Positions 27,332 through 40,280 of a stretch of 64,000 nucleotides of DNA are shown piece after piece (position 1 is the stretch's first letter; each line of letters opens with the position of its first letter). Location: contig OX597820.1 in NCBI GenBank assembly GCA_951406725.2, positions 71,858,001 through 71,922,000 of the forward strand, read 5' to 3'. The notes below the pieces were generated by a model that searched no databases, was not told where the DNA came from, and saw nothing but the letters and a program-made list of their open reading frames with translations. The translations under genes were made by a program, and so were the position numbers. The DNA comes from Octopus vulgaris. Its lineage: Eukaryota.

Positions 27332-27519
27332 TGTATTTATGTATGTATGTATGTATAATCATACCTATATAACAAATACATATATCTGTTCAAATAACAA
27401 ATACATGAATCTATTCAAAATGTTGAAGCATTGTTTTTGATTAAATTTTGATTTGATTATCAACTCTCAAAAATTATATGGTGGTGGGAGTGGATATGGG
27501 GAGGAGTTGCATGTATGTT

Positions 27520-27550
<31 letters not shown>

Positions 27551-27675
27551 GTATGTACGTATGTGTGTGTGTGTATATATATGTATATAAATGTATGTAT
27601 ATATGTGTGTGCATGTGTTGTGTGTGTATATAAATGTATGTATATATGTATGTGCGTGCATGTGTTGTGTGTGTG

Positions 27676-27711
<36 letters not shown>

Positions 27712-27753
27712 ACACATGCATACACATACATTTATATACATATATATACACAT

Positions 27754-27799
<46 letters not shown>

Positions 27800-28125
27800 C
27801 CTGGCCCCCGTGCCGGTGACACGTAAAAGCACCATCCGTTTCGTGGCCGTTTGCCAGCTCTGTCTGGCCCCCGTGTTGGTGGCACGTAAAAGCACCATCC
27901 GTTCGTGTCCGTTGCCAGCTCTGTCTGGCACCTGTGCAGGTGGCACGTAAAAAGCACCCACTACACTCACGGAGTGGTTGGCGTTAGGAAGGGCATCCAG
28001 CCGTAGAAACACTGCCAGATCTGACTGGGCCTGATGAAGCCTTCCAGCTTCACAGACCCCAGTTGAACCGTCCAACCCATGCTAGCATGGAGAACGGACG
28101 CTAAATGATGATGATGATGATGATG
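27800..28125 (+). mobile_element. Young RTE 3' UTR copy (family C) with internal ~64-bp tandem repeats
   Basis: CpG-rich, with three ctggcccccgtgccggtggcacgtaaaagcacc units, ggagtggttggcgttaggaagggcatccagccgtagaaac, and a (GAT)n tail. Confidence 0.9.
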
Positions 28126-28713
28126 ATATATATATATATATTGATTATATGTATATATATCATCATCATCATTGTTTAATATCAATTTTTCCATGCTTGC
28201 ATGGGTTGAATGGAGTTTATTTGAGGTAGATTTTCTATGGCTGGATGCCCTTCCTGTTACCAACCTTCACCTGTTTCCAGGCAAAGTAATATTTCTCCAT
28301 GGCCAGATATGTTTTCGCAGAATATCAGAAATGAATGACACCGCTTGCTTGTGAGATGGTGTGCTGCAAAGAGGGAGGTGGCTTTATCTTAGGTGCTAAG
28401 GGGTTGAACTATGATTGAAGAGTCAGGAACATATTTATTGCTGTAGATTACCTTGCATTATGTGCATGGGTAGAAGTAAATTGAGTGGAGCTAAAAAGTG
28501 AGTTAAAGATGGTGGTGATGAGTTGTCATCTGCAAGGTACAAGAAGGTGAACAGAAGAGAGTATTGGGACAGATGAGGAGGGGTGGGTGGAGAGAGGTTG
28601 CAAAACTGGGGAAGATTGAAAGAAAATTTGTGTCACAGGAAGACATGAGGATATTTATAGTTCTGCTCTTGTTTAATTTGAGCATCTGAATAATGCAGTG
28701 TGTGTGTGTGTAT

Positions 28714-28747
<34 letters not shown>

Positions 28748-28925
28748 CTATACTCTCAGAGTGGTTGGTGTTAGGAAAGGCATCCAGCTGTAGAAACTCT
28801 GCGAGATCAGAATGGAGCCTGGTGCAGCCATTTTGTTCACAAGTCCTCAGTCAAATCGTCCAACCCATGCTAGCATGGAAAGCGGACAGTAAACGATGAT
28901 AATGATGATGATGATGATGATGGTA
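28748..28925 (+). mobile_element. RTE 3' UTR fragment (family C)
   Basis: gagtggttggtgttaggaaaggcatccagctgtagaaac...aacccatgctagcatggaaagcggac followed by (GAT)n. Confidence 0.85.
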
Positions 28926-29049
28926 TATATATATAAATATATATATACACATACATACATGATGGTCATAGTTTCTTGTTGTCCAAAAAAGACAGTTTTG
29001 CAATTTCTTGCTGAAATATTTGCACAAATGATTTGTTTATAGTGATCAA

Positions 29050-29255
29050 ATGTATGTGCTGTACATTAGCTCACTGCCTCCATCAGATCAACGTTACCTG
29101 AACAGGTGCACTGTGTAACACACGTCAAGTGTCAAAGTGATTGCACAGCAATGTGAGATGAATTATTTTGCTCATAAATACAACGCACCACCTAGTCCAA
29201 GAATTGAAACCACAATCTCATAATTCTGTGTGCAACACCCTAACTACTAAGCCTT
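29050..29255 (-). mobile_element. tRNA-derived SINE family D copy
   Basis: Minus-strand head ggcttagtagttagggtg...ggtttcaattc resembles 37690-37980. Confidence 0.6.
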
Positions 29256-29686
29256 GTACCCTCATACACACATACATATTTACATACATATACATACATA
29301 CTTACATACACATACATACATATATACATACATACATACATGCATACATACAAGCACACACAAAAATACATATATCTATATATATAAATATACAGTCGTG
29401 TTTTATATAGACATAACTCCTAGAACAATTATTTTTAGAAAAATTCTGTAAGAACACAATACCCATGTAATTCCAAAGTCCTCCTTTTTCTTTATTAAGT
29501 TTTTAATTTTTCTTATTGTGCTACTGTTGAGTACTCTTTCATAACTCAGATTCTTAAAATGAATTTATTGTCTTTCTGCACGAAACAATTATCTAGAGAA
29601 CTGAATAAATATTTTATACCATATTAAAATATTTTAAAAAATATGATGGAATTTTTTGAACTTCGTTCTATAACTTAAGTAATATC

Positions 29687-30220
29687 TGTGTGAAGAAGTG
29701 CCACTCCCAAACAGTGGAAGGAATCCAGGGTAGAGGGAGACCCAGGAAGACATGGGATGAGGTGGTCAAGCGTGACCTTCGTATGTAAGGCCTCATAGTG
29801 GCAATGACAAAAGACGAAGACCTCTGGAGATATGCTGTGACTGAGAAGACTTGGCATTTAAATTGAGTTCACAGTTGTAACCTACACCAGTGTGACATAA
29901 CCAGCCCACTCAAAAGTACCTTATATCATAGGGGGATATGCCATGCTTGAGGAGACTTATTGAGTCAAGTACATCAAAACCAAAATCAAATGGAAATTGT
30001 AGTTGTGATCCCTAATCCAGTGGCACGTAAAAAGCACCCAGTACAATCTTGGAGTGTTTGGCATTAGGAAGTGCATCCAGCTGTAGAAACATTGCCAGAT
30101 CAGACTGGAGCTTGGTGCAGCCTCCTGGCATTCCAGACCCCATTCAAACTGTCCAACCCATGCCAGCATGGGAAACGGACGTTAAACAATTATGATGATG
30201 GTGATGATGATGATGATGAT
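29687..30220 (+). mobile_element. 5'-truncated RTE LINE: ORF C-terminus, 3' UTR and (GAT)n tail
   Basis: VKKCHSQTVEGIQGRGRPRKTWDEVVKRDLRM*GL...DLWRYAV (the RTE GRPRKTW motif) runs directly into family C sequence. Confidence 0.9.
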
Positions 30221-30221
30221 T

Positions 30222-30257
<36 letters not shown>

Positions 30258-31353
30258 CATTCATTCATTTATTCATTCATTCATTTAACATTCATTTTTC
30301 CGTGCTCGCATTGTTTGGACAGGGACTTATTTGAAACAAATTTTTACAACCGGATTCCTTCCTTCTTTGGTTTTATTCTTTTCTTTCGGTTCAAGCACAA
30401 GATTTTCTTATATTCAAAAATGCTGGGCTATCAGTTGTACAGTCAACTAGGAATGTAAACATCATATCATCATTTCACTCCAAAGTGTGTCAGTAACCCC
30501 TCCCCCATACGCACACACAGATGTTTTCCCAAACTCACTCACAAGACATTGGTCAACCTAAGGCTCTTGGAAATAAGCAACAGAGACTGAAACTGAACAT
30601 TTGTTGTTAAGAAGCAAAGCTCTTTGCTGTACAGATGTAACTACAGCTGATTTATTCATCTAACCCCTGCTGGTATGGGAAGAGGAACATTGAATGAATA
30701 TGTATGTATGTGAGTGTGTGATATACGTTGTGAAATAGCTTTTGTAAGAATAGGATGGTATTCCTCTCTCTCTCTCTGTAGCATTTTAATCAATCAAATA
30801 TCTGATCGATTAAGTTGTACACAAGTGTTGCATTGCAACATTTGGATGTATGCTATTCTATTTGAAATGTATGTAACTGATTTATCAAGAATAAATCTCC
30901 TTACTTTTGTGTTTTTCTATTATACTCTGTGACTTTATACTAAATTCATTCAGTATTTGAACTTCAGATTAGACAGGTGGCAGAAAGTGAATTTACAACT
31001 ATGTGGATTACTGTGGCATTCACTGGCCAATTTAGTTAGCCAGATTTGAGGTTTGGTACCTCTTGAGTGCTTACAAAGTATTTGCCTGGATTCTTTAATC
31101 TCTTTTTCTTTCACTTCATGAGTAAAAAAGAGAGACAGAGACAGACAGTAAAAAGGAAAATGTCGCTTGCATTTGAAAACTATGGAAATATTTTTTTAAT
31201 ATTTCATTTAATTTTTCCACAATTTAATTGCTTCCCATACTTTACTCTAAGTTGAAAAAATCGCAAAGACTGAAATCGGTACTAAAATGTTCTTCATGAT
31301 AAAATTATTTTAGCATTTTCTACTTTGTCTTATTTTCCTTATATATGTGTGCA

Positions 31354-31394
<41 letters not shown>

Positions 31395-31398
31395 TGTG

Positions 31399-32083
31399 TA
31401 TTGAAAGTCAGGGTACGAGATGCATCTGCCTGCTAGAAAGAAGAGTTAAATGTCTTCAAAGCCACTCATCTCTCTCTATATATAAACACACACAGAGAAT
31501 GTAGCCAATATACTAAAAAACAAACACCTGTCCCCAATTGTAAAACTACAAAGAGGAGAGTAGATATTACAGTATCAATTCATTTCACTTTCTGTGCCAA
31601 ATTGACATTAAAGCTCTTCAGCTAGACTCACTATGTAAACTATTTTAAAAATTACATTTACCATTCCGTGCATGTCTGTTCATCTGAAGGCCCTGCAACT
31701 TCCAAACAAACCTTAGCGAGCAGTATAGATTCAAAATTCAAATAAGTTATCATTGTCTTTAAAAAAATAATGATAAAGTGACCAGCAAACATAATCCATA
31801 TTGGCACAGAAAGCAAAAGCAATAGATACTGGGAAATCTACCCTCGTTTTTGTAGTTTAACAACTGGGGGTGACTGTTTTTTTAATGTATTTGTTACATT
31901 CTCTGTGCATTTTATATATAGTGAGAGATGTGTGGCTTTGGAGAGTTTTAACTCTTCTTTCTAACAAACAGAGGCATATTGTACTCTGACTTTTAATATA
32001 TATTTTGCCTATTTCGATTATGTTTGCTGGCCACTTTATCGTTATTTTTTTAAAGATAATGATAAGTTATTTGAATTTTGAAT
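31399..32083. repeat. Interleaved double inverted repeat (A-B-A'-B')
   Basis: A (31399-31600) pairs with A' (31801-31998) and is diverged. B (31729-31796) pairs with B' (32016-32083) with 4 mismatches in 68. Confidence 0.85.
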
Positions 32084-33754
32084 ATATATATATAAATTTA
32101 TATATATAATAATAAAAGCTCTTTGCTAGAGTGGGCCATGGTGCCCCATATATGACTAAAAGACTTCACCAGGTGGTGCTGTTAAGTTAGACATGGCCTG
32201 GGTCAATACTGGCCAAAACCTATCAAAATTAAGTTTTATATATATATATATATATATACACATATGCATGCACACACACACACTTACATACATGTGTAGC
32301 AATGCTGATGCTCCCTGCATGAATTTTGTTTGTGGTTAAAGTGTCTTTTGTCTCTTATTTCCAGCAATGCTGGTGTTCCCTGCACCTTTCATCACTTTTA
32401 GTGATGGTGGATCATTTCAGTTTTGGTTTTAAATTGTGTGTAGCCACCCTAATTATTTTACACACACCTATGAACATATATATATATATATATACATACA
32501 TAGATGTGTGAGTGTAAGAAAACAGAGACAGAGTTGTGAATAAAGTGACAAGCTTTCTGGTGCTGCTACCATAACATGTACCGAGTACTCTCAGTGAAGT
32601 GGTTGGTGGTGGAAAGGACACAGTCATAGAAGTCAAACGAAAGATGAAATATTTTTTTGAGATATTGTTCTCTACCCCCTCTAGGTTAGTAGCATCTCCA
32701 GATAAGTGCTGTCTCAGAGTATGATGCAAAATATGGTGATGACGGTTACAGTGATAGGCACAAACACTCATAATGATGATACTGCCTGCAGAAACAAAGG
32801 AAATCATTCACATGAGGAACACTCAATACATTGAATGTACAGGAGAATATTTATCACATTCATTTCACCTGTGAAGAATTACAGCCATAAGATTTCTTGT
32901 ATTTATAAAAACATACATGTGTGTGTGTATGTGTGTGAAAATGTCTCAGCATGTATGTGCATGTTTATTTCTTACATGGTTAGAATGATTAAAATTTTTA
33001 AAGTATGGGAATAGATTTTTGTGATGTTTGTGAATTTCGTATAGCCATGAGTATCTTATATAAAGAGAAATGCTTATAAGCAAAATTAAAAATGAGATCC
33101 TTGTTTTCCTGCTGTTTGTTAAATCCTCATGGATATGTAAAAAGCCTCATATACTACATATTCAATGTAAATGCTATTAAAATCATCTGTGTTTTTGGAA
33201 TCTACTGCAAAAATGATATGAAAGATCAGATTTTGGATTTCTATTATAAATAAGGAAGAAAAATTCTTTTATGAATTGAATGAAAATAATTTTCTTTATT
33301 ATTGAAAGTCTTTCTATCATCATCATCATCGTTTAATGTTTGCTTTCAGACTCTTATTTTTTGTAACTTTATCAGAAATATAAACAGTATTGTGTTGTTC
33401 ATTATCTTATTTCTTATAAATACATACTTTGTGCAATGAGCATATTCTGTGTTAAATAAATATTAAAGGCATATTTTCAACAGAAATTATTTGATTATAA
33501 TGCTTTGGATTTTTGCTTTCTTTTTGTGTAAATGACATACATGTAGTGAAAGTATCCACACTAAAATCCTTATGTATCTATACTCATAATAGTAGATGTT
33601 TATCTGCATACCTGTTGCCTCATGTGACAGAGTTTGACTGCATTGGATATATGAGAAATAACATTTTATTAGTGTTCAGAACAGTTGTTGATATATAATG
33701 AATCCAAATAAAGAAGGAAAGTGATATTACTACTGTTATATAATCTAAAGAATA

Positions 33755-33957
33755 TTCTTTTCTACTCTAGGCACAAGGACCGAAGTTTTTTGGGGAAGTG
33801 GGGCAGTCAGTATGCAACTGGTACTTGTTTTATCAACCCCAAAAGTATGAAAGGTAAATACGACTTTGGTGGAATTTGAACTCTGAGCATAAAGATAGAC
33901 AAAATACCACTAAGCATTTTGCCCGGTGTGCTAAAATTTCTGCCAGCTTGCCACCTT
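33755..33957 (-). mobile_element. SINE family A copy
   Basis: Reverse of the family A head and core (ctgccagcttgccacc; gaatttgaactc). Confidence 0.8.
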
Positions 33958-34599
33958 GTAACCCAAAGAATATTATTGGTTGACTGATCTTATATAGTAT
34001 TATATAGAGAGCAGTTGTGCTTTTCATTACTAAGGGTAATTTTAATATAAAAAATATTAAGATGATTTCTGTTTCTGGCTAGTGAATGCTAATGTTGAAA
34101 TGAACATGATGATGAAAATGAAATCATTAATCAACTTATAATTAATTGTACAGCTTCTAACATAAGAAACTGAAAGAACTGAACACTTGTCTTGCCATAA
34201 TAAGACAAAAAATTTTGTTGAGTCTAATTCAAAGAACTGGGACCAAAATGTAGTAGACATCACTGATTAATACATAGGTGGATGACAAAACATTTAAACT
34301 GAAATTAAAAGTAATCTGTCACCTTTAAGGTAAATGGGAAAAAGAAGTTCCTAATAATTTAGCTTTAGATGAGAAAATGACTTTTCAAAATCTATTGTAA
34401 TTTTTGAATTTGAATAAAATTAGAAACATAAATACTTTAAAAATGTTAAAAGCATAATTATTGGTACAATAAAAATATTACTTAAATTTTACAGAGCAAT
34501 TTTTTTATACTAAGCGATTTGTGCAATAAATATCTTTTATACTAAGATGTTTATATACTAAGATATTTATCTTTTACTTATTTAACTCATTCCACTGAG

Positions 34600-35210
34600 G
34601 CCATAATGAGGCACCATTTTGAAGTGATTAGTCAAACAAATTGACCTCAGTACTTAATTACGTCTAGTACTTATTCTATTGGGCACTTTTTGTTGAGCTC
34701 CTAAGTAACAGGGATGTAGAAAGCCAACACTTGATGTCAAGCAGCAGTGGGGAGAAACACAGCACATGCGAGCTGGCAGAAATGTTAGCACGCCAGGTGA
34801 AATGCTTAGGAGTATTTCATCTGCCATTACGTTCTGAGTTCAAATTTCACCGAGGTCGACTTTGTTTTTCATCCTTTCGGGGTTGATTAAATAAGTGCCA
34901 GTTACACACTGGGGTCAATATAATCGACTTAATCCGTTTGTCTGTCCTTGTTTGTCCCCTCTCTGTGTAGCCCCTTGTGGGCAGTAAAGAAATAAGAAAC
35001 ACAGCGCAAGCACACACACACACACGCACATGCACACACACTCACACAACAAATTTCTTTCACTTTCTATTTCCCAAATCCACTCATAAGGCTTTGATCA
35101 GTCCAGACCTCTAGTTGAAGATTCTTGCTCAAAGTACCACATGGTGGGACTGAGCTTCAGGCCCCATCATTTGGAAGCAAGCTCCTTATCCATACAGTCA
35201 TACCTGTATA
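34600..35210 (-). mobile_element. SINE family B (minus) with a family A copy (+, 34768-34997) nested inside
   Basis: Family B pieces lie on both sides. The A copy is flanked by the duplicated agaaacacagc.ca.gc. Confidence 0.8.
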
Positions 35211-36719
35211 GATAAGATTAAATATAATATAAGGTGAGCTTTCATACATTTATGTTACTTCTTTACATTTTGATTTTAACGATGATAGTAAAAAAAGGAA
35301 TTAAATATATTACATCTTAGCAAAGCTTTATTTTACTATAGGATCAAGATAAGAATTTGTATAAAAGTTAGATATCAATATGTGGCACCTTTGGCAGGTG
35401 TCTTCTACAGAAGCTTCCGGTTCACCAATGATTTCTTCATGAGTAGAACTTTAAAATTCTCAAGAAAAGCATTTTCATTTCAACAATGAAGATTGGCTTA
35501 ACATTCAGATATATATTAGTTTTCTTATATTTTAACGCATTCAAACGTATACATATTGCGAATGTTCACAGATAACATCTTAGTTATTTAATACATTTCA
35601 GTAAACACCTGCATAATCGTACTCTCTTCTTTATTACTCATAAATATTTCAATACAGTAAATATCTTCTGGGCTTAAAATGTCACTTTCTGCAGGTCTTT
35701 GTTATTGCATCACCATTAGTTGAAGCATTTGTGGTAAGCTCAACCTGGTCTTGATATTAACAAATGTAATTTAAAATTTTATAGTAGTATTTTTGCTGTA
35801 ATCTTTCTTTTGCCAATTATTCTTTCTATGAAACCACTCCTTTCAGTGTAGCAGCTGGCAATTGTGCTGACATACATAATAGAGACTCACTTAAAACTTT
35901 CTCTCCTTATATACTATTTTCTTACAATTCACCCAAATAAATAGCTACATTCATTCATTCTCCTATTACCAATCATCTTCAACACTGGATGATAATTTTT
36001 TTCTTCAGTAACATTCCTAATTTGTTCAGTTTTCCTAGCCTATCCTAAATAAATTAAGGAATCTGTATTTGTTTTCTCTAAAAACTTTTTTTTTGCAGTA
36101 TCTTAGCTTCCATTTCCTATGCATTTATTTTGGAAGTAGAATTATCATTGTAGTATTTTTCCAACTTTACTTAATATAGTCTAGTTAAAAGATAGGTGCC
36201 AGACCATGATGTGTTTAATGAGTTATGAATAAACCCTATACTTATAAATGGACTTTTAATTAAAAACTAAAATTCCTTGACAGTACATAGGAAATAGTTA
36301 CTTGATATCAATACATAGGAAGTCAGTTTTCTTATAAATATGTTTAAAATATTTTTACCCCATTTTATGTTAAAGGCAATTTATAAGGTTTGTAAGAAGT
36401 CATATATGTACAAAATCAGATTAAAAAGAAAAAAAATTTAAGTAAAATCTCCAATTCTTTTTTACTTTAAATTCATTTTGTGTTTTAAAAAAAGCCTCTT
36501 ATTTGATAGGTATTGGTTATTAATAATTAGGTATTATTATATTTTTGTAAGTAAATTTTGTTTTTTCAGCCAATTTTTCATCTATTTAAATGTTTTTTTA
36601 TTGTGAAAGTCTTCTAGATTTAACAATATATTTAGTTGAATAAACATTATACTTCCCAGCATAAATATGCTGTTTCTTCAAAAAGGAAGTTCATGTTTTT
36701 GTTTGTTGGTTTATTTTTT

Positions 36720-37085
36720 CTATCTTTTACTCAGGTTCATAGCAGTGAAGGGTTTACTTGAACAAATCAACCCCAGTACCTATTTTAATGTCCAGTTCTT
36801 ATTCTCTTGGTCTCTGTTGCTAAATTGCTAAGTTATGGGGACACAAATTAAACCAATGATGGTTGTCAAGCAGCATCTGTGGGACAAATGCAAAGTCACA
36901 CACAAAAACATATGTGCATACAAACATGACAGGCTTCCATACAGTTTCTGTCAAATTCACTTGCAAAGTACTGGACAACCCGGGCCTTTAGTAGCAGACA
37001 CTTGCTCAAGGTGTCATGTAGTGGGACTAAACCCAAAACTGTGTAGTTGTAAAATGAATTTATTAACCACACAATCATGTTTGTA
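36720..37085 (-). mobile_element. SINE family B copy
   Basis: Reverse of family B: gacacttgctcaaggtg..agtgggactaaaccc..aaccacac. Confidence 0.8.
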
Positions 37086-37156
37086 CCTTGCCATACCTGT
37101 TTGTTTCATTTTTTTCATAAGTATTATAAAAGAGATTGTACAATTTCATTGCCTTG

Positions 37157-37603
37157 TAGGTACATGGTATTTCATTGTGCAACCATAATATACTTAGAAA
37201 GTATATTAAATGTTTTTATAAGTCATTATCACGTCCTACTGTGTTAGCAGTGCTTTTTACATTATTTTGTTAAGGTTATTTCTTACAGATGTTCTACAGA
37301 AATTATAGCCAGCACTGATTTTTTGCTACAATGTTTTATATCGAGACATCAGATGTAAACAAACAATGTGATCAGAGACAAAAGTGGGTAATGAGTGTAT
37401 ATGCCATATTTTGGAGGTTGTTTTCCCTTCATCAGCACTCATCTAACCCATTCTGACCTCCAAACACATTGCTTATATACCCACCACAAACAGCGGCGTT
37501 AAGTTATTGGATATACCAATTTACATATTAGACGCATTCCTGGAGCTGGTACATAAAGACTAATGATCTATAGGTACATGGTACTTCATTATGCAACCAT
37601 AAT
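37157..37603 (-). mobile_element. Retrozyme/Penelope pseudo-LTR-like element (family H2): 414-bp unit with 33-bp terminal direct repeat
   Basis: taggtacatggta(t/c)ttcatt(g/a)tgcaaccataat occurs at 37157 and 37571. There is an internal hammerhead on the minus strand with TATATAA about 40 nt upstream. Confidence 0.7.
37391..37442 (-). ncRNA. Type I hammerhead ribozyme with G12>A substitution (probably inactive)
   Basis: Minus strand reads atgagtg-CTGATGA-agggaaaacaacctcc-aAAA-tatggcata-TA-cactcat. Stem I is a perfect 7 bp. The change cGAAA>cAAAA fits CpG decay. Confidence 0.75.
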
Positions 37604-37689
37604 CTATTTTGTATACTTCCAAGCTATAATTAAAGTTATATAATTTGGTTGACTTATGTTAAATTTAAACTGGTACTCTTTCGTTTACA

Positions 37690-37980
37690 ATGACAAATGT
37701 TCCATTTGATCCAATCAACAGAACAGCCTGCTCATGATATTGATGTGCAAGTGGCTGAGCATTCCATAGTCACATGTACCCTTAACATAGTTCTCAGGGA
37801 AATTCAGCGTGACACTTACTGTCACAAGGTTGGCCATTTCAAATAAAGGCACAACTCATTTTTGCCAGCTGAGTGAAATTAAGTGTCTTGCTCAAGGACA
37901 CCACATGCTGCCAGGAATTGAACTCAAGATCTTACGATTGTGAGCCAAATACTCTAACCACTAAGCCACATACCTTCACT
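37690..37980 (-). mobile_element. tRNA-derived SINE family D
   Basis: Minus strand: gtggcttagtggttagagt (A box), gagttcaattcc (B box), gtgtccttgagcaagacactt. Confidence 0.8.
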
Positions 37981-38149
37981 TATTAACTTTAAGGTACTTA
38001 AACTGTTAATTTACATAAGATATTCTCTAATAAACTAGAAGATTTGCGTAATTACTTACCATTTATTTTTATTTTCTTAATCTTCAGTTTTCTCAAAAAC
38101 ACTATTTTTCTTTATTGAGTCCTTCATTTTATTATCATTTTTATGAATT

Positions 38150-38570
38150 ATTTGTTTCAGTCATTGGACAATCAAACAAAACATCCCCAGTACTTATCTC
38201 CTTTTAAAGTCTGATACTATCCTATTGGTCTTTTTCGCCACACTGCTAATTTACAGGATGTAAACAGACCAAAATCAGTTATTAAATGGTGAGGTTGGGG
38301 ACAAACACATAGATGTGATCACACACACACACACATGCACGTATGTATGTGTATATATATGTATGCATGTATGTATGTGTGTGTGTGCGTATAAACTGTG
38401 CATGTATTCATATGTGATGGTCTTCCACACAGTTTCTGTCTCCCAAAATTCACTCACAAGGCATTTAATGGTCTGGGGCTATAGTACAAGACACTTGCCC
38501 AAGATACCATGCATTGAGACTGAATCCAAACTACATATTGTGAAGCGAGCTTCTTAGCCACACAGCATAA
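38150..38570 (-). mobile_element. SINE family B copy with internal (CA/TA) microsatellite
   Basis: cactcacaaggc..gacacttgcccaag..agccacacagc. Confidence 0.8.
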
Positions 38571-38639
38571 TTTTCTTTGTAACAATTTTTTCTTTTAATA
38601 ATTTCAAATTTAATTGCTGATCATAATTTAGAATATTTA

Positions 38640-38915
38640 TTTCCCACGTTGGTGCTACATAAAAAGCACTGGTGCTGGACTGGTGCTGGTGCTATATAAA
38701 ACACTGGTGCTGGTGCTACGTATAAAGCACTGGTGTTAATTCCACATAAAAAGCAACTAGTACACTCTTTGAAGTGGTTGGCATTAAGGTCATCCAGCTG
38801 TAGTAACCATGCCACAACAGACAACTGGGGTCTGTTGTAGCTTCCAGGCTTGCAAGCTCCTGTCAGACCATCCCACCTATGCCAGCATGGTAGAAACAGA
38901 TGTTAGATGAAGATG
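38640..38915 (+). mobile_element. RTE 3' UTR fragment (family C)
   Basis: Tandem ggtgctac.taaaaagcac units and gtggttggcattaagg.catccagctgtag. Confidence 0.8.
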
Positions 38916-39384
38916 ATACATTCATGATATAGACTAATTCAGTTAACATCTATATAAGACCTTTTTTTTTTATATATATGCCCAAAGAATGCTTTCACAT
39001 CATTATCAAGATCTTCATTCTTATCATTTACATCATTGTCACTGATATTTTTCACTTAATCTTTTAATACTTTTAATGTTCAAACTGTCTATAAGCCAGA
39101 TGTTCTGCTACTATGTACCTGTATGTGATTATCTAATTAACTAGTAACTTTACAATTCATAAAAGTCTTCAGATTTAATTTATGATAGCAGCAAACATTT
39201 TATTAGATACAATGATAGGTTAATTTTTTTTTAACTAATTAACACAATTAAAGCAGTCAACTTATTCCAACAAAGTTATCTAATTGAATTTTTATGCTTT
39301 ATTTATTAATTTTTAATAATAAGTAAATTAAAATTGTTAGCAGTCATAATGTTATAAGTTTCTAATATTACACAATAAACACAA

Positions 39385-39535
39385 GAGTGGCTGCATTAAG
39401 AAATTTGTTTCCCAACCACATGGTTGCAGGTACAGTCTATCTGCATGACACCTTGAGCAAGTGTTTTTATTGTAACTCTGGCCCAACCAATGCCTTGTAG
39501 TTGATTTTGTAGACAAACTGAATTAAGCCCATCAT
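39385..39535 (+). mobile_element. SINE family B 5' half
   Basis: agagtggctg..ttcccaaccacatggtt..caccttgagcaagtgt. Confidence 0.75.
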
Positions 39536-39880
39536 ATATATATATATATAAATTTTAGTCAGTAGATTGTAAATTTATTTATAAGTGTTTTACTTTGTCA
39601 TGGTTTTATATTTTAATTAAAATATTAAATTGCAATATATATATTTATGTATGTATGTATGTATATGTATATTAGAAGGTTTGGAGATGATGTACAGGTA
39701 TTATATATTAGAAGAAATGAGGTACTCAGAAATTTGGATGGTTTTATATTTACAGATATCTGTTAGTATGTTACATGCTTTTATGTATCATATATCATAT
39801 ATTAGTGCTTTTTTCCATTCTAGTGGAGTCTTCAAATTGAACTGTATGTATGAATAAATATATGCATATGTATGTATATG

Positions 39881-39962
<82 letters not shown>

Positions 39963-40077
39963 TATCTTAGGGTAACAAGAATATTCATAGAAAAATTCTA
40001 GCGAGAAAGAAAAATTTAGTCAATAGACTATATATTATTCAGAGAAGAATACAGTGTACGTTCAAACACAAAAGAGA

Positions 40078-40280
40078 TACCCGAAGAATAGGATATCTGA
40101 CTCACTAGAAAGAGCAGTTAAAACTCTAAGCCACCAATTGTTGTAATTCCGAAAGTGATTGGAAAGTAAATAGGATTAAGGTAAAAGTTTTTACTTTCCA
40201 ATCACTTTCGGAATTACAACAAATAGTGGCTTAGAGTTTTAACTGCTCTTTCTAGTGAGTCAGATATCCTATTCTTCGGG

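Noticed and set aside
27467-28075. Longest ORF (202 aa) and overlapping YI/HT/CV-rich ORFs
   Set aside because: Microsatellite plus antisense RTE UTR.
32683-32834. Coding-like His/Asp-rich text after a possible acceptor
   Set aside because: Frames close early, there is no donor site and no recognisable homology.
39804-39840. Minus-strand tTGAAGA-c-tcca-ctagaa-tgga-a-aAAA hammerhead-like remnant
   Set aside because: Two core substitutions and no clear stems I or III. It is suggestive only.
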